From: Glaucostegus cemiculus
Lineage: Eukaryota
Assembly (NCBI GenBank): GCA_976551045.1
Contig: CDPCPM010000029.1
Coordinates: 33,666,001 to 33,730,000, forward strand
DNA length: 64,000 nt
Direction of reading: 5' to 3'
In this document: positions 60,495 through 64,000 of the stretch, piece by piece
Numbering within the stretch: the first letter of the stretch is position 1
How the letters are laid out: each line of letters opens with the position of its first letter
The notes under the pieces: model-generated
What the model saw: the letters and a program-made list of their open reading frames with translations, nothing else
What the model was told of the DNA's origin: nothing
The model's database searches: none
Translations under genes and position numbers: made by a program

Positions 60495-60905
60495 CAACAA
60501 ACAACCTGCTGGAGGAACTCATCAGGTCAAGCAGCATCTACGGGGGGGAGAAGAATTGTCGACATTTCAGGAATCATGACTGAGAGTGGAGAGGGAGTGG
60601 TACAGAAGTGGCGGGGGGAGTGTGGTGAGACAGGGGTCTGTAGGCGATTGGTGTACTGAGGACAGGTGAAGGATGATGGGCAAATGGAGCCAGGAAGGGT
60701 GGGGAGGGGGGAGTGGTGGAGTTGGGAGACAGAGGCAGGTGGGTGATAGATGGAGGGAGACGCATAAAGGCAGATGGAGCCAGGTGGGGGGAGGGGGGGT
60801 GAAGGTGGAGACAGCTGAGAAGCAAGAACACAAAGGCTACTAGAGCTGGAATCTGAAGTAAGGAAAGTGATAATGGGAACCAGCAGGGGAGAAGAGAAGG
60901 GCAGA
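60495..60905 (-). mobile_element. Penelope-like element remnant (purine-rich)
   Basis: CTGCTGGAGGAACTCA.CAGGTCAAGCAGCATCTA terminus followed by GA-rich body. Confidence 0.55.
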
Positions 60906-61589
60906 AAGTTGATTTGCTGAGCCTGTGACAGCCCTCCTTAAGCAAATAAAGCAGTTTCATTCCCCAGCTATTTCTCATAGCTCTGGCATTTGTTTTCCCT
61001 TAAACATTGATCTAAGTCCTTCTTAAAGCAAGATTGAATCTGTTTCTACCACCTTTGCAAACAGTAAACTCTAGGTCATTATTTATTTCTTTGTGGAAAA
61101 GCCATTCATCCCATGTTCTTTTGCGATACCATTATTCTGTGCTTTCTGGGTCAGTGCAATAGTGATGTGTGGTTTTTGCACATTATAAGTATGCAGTGCA
61201 GGCACTTGGTAAAGTAATTTATCATGCAATGCCATTCTGATGCCACTGATGTCAATCTGTGTCACCATGATCTAGCTAGCTTTGTTCCTAATTTACAAAC
61301 TGATCCACTTCTTGAGGGTACTTCAGTGACTATAAAATGCTTTGGAATATCCTGAAAGGGTTGTGAAAGAAGCTATGTAAATGCAATTCTTTACTTTTAT
61401 TTATATATTAACCACGCATGGGAACCTGGTATGTAGCAATAGGATACCTTGCTGCATCTACCACTCTTCCACGGCATGTATTCTAAATCTCACTAACTCA
61501 TATATCCTCTAATTACTGACAGTGCTGGAAATAATTTTGCTCTATTTGTCTTTAAAAACAGTTCCTGACCTGTATCCAATCTTCACAAA

Positions 61590-62124
61590 CTTTTTCTGCT
61601 CTAGGGAGAGCAGCCTTAACATCTCCAATCTCCCTAAGCAACTGACTCCCTCATCCTGGTAGTATTTCAGTAAATCTCTTCTGTAATCTCTCCAAGGCCT
61701 TATGTTTGGTTCCTGGAACTAAAAATAATACCTCAGCTGTGACCTGATCTGTATTTTTAAAGATTTAACATAACCTCCCAGCTTTGTACTCTATTCATCT
61801 GTCAACAAAGCCAAGGTTTCAATATTTTTTTTTAACATGCTCTTCAACTTGTTCTGCCACCTTCAAAGGTATTGTCTACGTATGTCCTTGGGTTTCACTC
61901 TTCCTGTCTCCCATTTTAAATTGCATTATTTAATTAATTTTCTTCTGATCATAATGTATCGCTGAGCAGTTCTCTCTGTAAATTATATTTGCCACATGTC
62001 AGCCCATTTTGTTCTTGCCCTTCTGAAGTCTGCACCTACTCACCTGGGAGCCTGCTGTATTTTCAAGTTTTGAATTAATGCTCTGTCCCATTTTTGTTCT
62101 GACCAGTGCCTTCCATTCCTACAC
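61590..62124 (-). mobile_element. Highly degenerate CR1-type fragment
   Basis: GTAAATCTCTTCTG..CTCTCCAAGGCC, CTTTGTACTCTAT, GCCACATGTCAGCCCATT motifs. Confidence 0.55.
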
Positions 62125-63092
62125 TGAGTCGGACTACAGAGAGGAGGTGAAACAACTAACCATGTGGTGCTATGACAACAACCTCTCCTTGAATGTGGAT
62201 AAAACCAAGGAGATGATAGTGGATTTTAGGAGGGGTCACCGTGTGCACGTCCCGCTGATCATCAACGGGTCTGCTGTGGAACAAGTACGCAGCACCAAGT
62301 TCCTGGGGGTGCACATCACCGACGACCTGACCTGGTCCACTAACATTACGGCCCTCTCGAAGAAAGCTCAGAAACGCCTCTACTTCCTGCAGAGACTGAG
62401 GAAAGCGAACTCCCATCCCTCCATCATGAAAACCTTCTATAGAGGGACCATTGAGAGCATCTTAACCCAATGTATCACTGTTTGGTTTGGAAGCTGCTCA
62501 GCTGCTGGGTGGAGGTCCCTCCAGAGGATAGTTAGGGCTGCAGAGAGGATCATAGGTGTCTCGCTTCCATCCCTCGCAGACATATACAAGGACCGTTGTG
62601 TGAGGAAGACCAAAAGCATAATAGCCGACCCTTCTCACCCCTCCCACCACCTCTTTACAATTTTGCCATCAGGGAGGAGGCTTAAATGTATCAGGGCAAG
62701 AACGACCAGGCTGAACAATAGCTTCTTTCCGCAAGCCATCAGAACTGCAAACTCTCTCATCCCTCCATCTTCCTTGTTAACACTAAGCGATGCTAGGTGC
62801 ACAGAAATGCACCAGCGTTTTAAATGTCCGACACCAGCCCATTCACTTTAATATTTATTTATTTATTTACCGGCCACTTTTAATTTAATCTGTGTATTAA
62901 TTTAATTTTAACTTCTGTAGTTTTTAATGTTTAATGTTTTTTAATGTTTATTCTGTTAAGTGTGTCTGTGTGTCTCTGTTGGTTGTTATTTAATGGGACG
63001 AGCACCTGAGGAGGATGGTATCTCGCTCCTATGCATACTATGTATGTATATGGTTGTGACAATAAAACTGATTCTGATTCTGATTCTGATTC
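62125..63092 (+). mobile_element. Second young 5'-truncated Rex1-like LINE copy
   Basis: Near-identical to 41992-42957; the first 16 aa of ORF 62078 come from flanking DNA. Confidence 0.93.
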
Positions 63093-63189
63093 CAAAGAGG
63101 AACAGCACATCATCTTATAACTCAGCACATGTTGGCCTTCTGGACTTTATTTCAGACGTCCAGGAGTCACACCATACACCTCTGCTAAT

Positions 63190-63265
63190 TTGGTATTTTG
63201 GTATTGGTATAGGTTTATTATTGTCACTTGTACCAAGGTACAGTGAAAAACTTGCCTTGCATACC
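63190..63265 (-). mobile_element. Rex1-like 3' tail fragment
   Basis: GGTTTATTATTGTCACTTGTACCAAGGTACAGTGAAAAACTTG, as at 52255. Confidence 0.75.
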
Positions 63266-64000
63266 TTAACTCCAACTAAACGCCTTTCTAATCTGTCTGT
63301 TCCTATCTCTCTCCAATGCTATGGTAAAGGAGATAAAATTATGATCACTATCTCCAAAATGCTCTCCCACTGAGACATCTGACACCTGACCAGGTTCATT
63401 TCCCAATACCAAATCAAGCACAGCCTCTCTTCTTGTAAGCTTATCTACATAATGTGTCAAGTATCCTTCCTGAACACACTTAACAAACTCCATCCCATCT
63501 AAACCTCTCACTGTATGGAGATGCCACTCGATATTTGGGAAATTTAAATCTCCCAACCCAACAACTCTGTTATTATCACACCTTTCTAGGATCTGCTTCC
63601 CTAATCTGCTCCTCGATACCCCTGTTACTATTGGGCGGCCTATAAAAAACACCCAGTAAAGTTATTGACCCCTTCCTGTTCCTAACCTCCACCCTCAGAG
63701 ATTCAGTAGAGAGTCCCACCATGACGTCCACTTTTTTCTGCAGCCCTGACACTATCTCTGATCAACAGTGCCACTCCTCCACCTCTTTTGCCTCCCTCCC
63801 TGTCCTTTCTGAAACATCTAAAACCTGACACGGGAAGTAACCATTTCTGCTCCTGACCCATCCAAGTCTCTGTAATGGCCACCACATCGTAGCTCCAAGT
63901 ATTAATCGAAGTTCCAAGCTCTATTAATCCACTTTGTTCACTATACTCCTTGTGTTAAAATAGATACACCTCAAACCATCGGTCTGAACACGTCCCTTCT
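63266..64000 (-). mobile_element. CR1 ORF2 APE-endonuclease region (frameshifted; runs off the window)
   Basis: VAITETW, RKDREGGKRGGGVALLIRD, GDLNFPNIEW, LDLVLGNEPG, GDSDHN. Confidence 0.92.

Noticed and set aside
1-64000. A novel multi-gene system, CRISPR array, operon or prokaryotic defence locus
   Set aside because: The window is intron-containing vertebrate DNA with one host gene. No regularly spaced repeat-spacer array was seen, and all RT or nuclease-like ORFs trace to known retroelement or transposon clades.

Overview
Vertebrate genomic DNA, not prokaryotic. The repeat complement (tRNA-headed V-domain SINEs, CR1, Rex1/Babar-like, RTE, L1 and Penelope-like remnants) points to a cartilaginous fish, probably a ray or sawfish; this is an inference. 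The only host gene is a complete ISL1 (Islet-1, LIM-homeodomain) on the minus strand: six coding exons from 29374 to 21866, all introns GT-AG, 348 aa, with a ~1.1 kb 3' UTR and a CRE/CCAAT/GC-rich promoter-5' region. It sits in a ~29 kb almost transposon-free, CpG-retaining domain (~12.5-41.8 kb) that holds several enhancer-like blocks. Both flanks are dense nests of retroelement fossils. I found no new multi-gene system. The notable structures are: a ~1.75 kb micro-inversion that splits a CR1 and a SINE and leaves an 82-nt fold-back; a SINE-in-SINE with a triplicated A box; two solo LTRs and an L1 with target-site duplications; degenerate hammerhead-ribozyme cores in Penelope-like remnants; two Harbinger transposase fossils; one SINE head with two different LINE-type tails; absence of the mammalian Isl1-beta splice acceptor; a NAGNAG acceptor; possible uORFs; and miRNA seed sites. 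Transposon family names come from recalled motifs, not database searches, and their boundaries are approximate unless a TSD is given.
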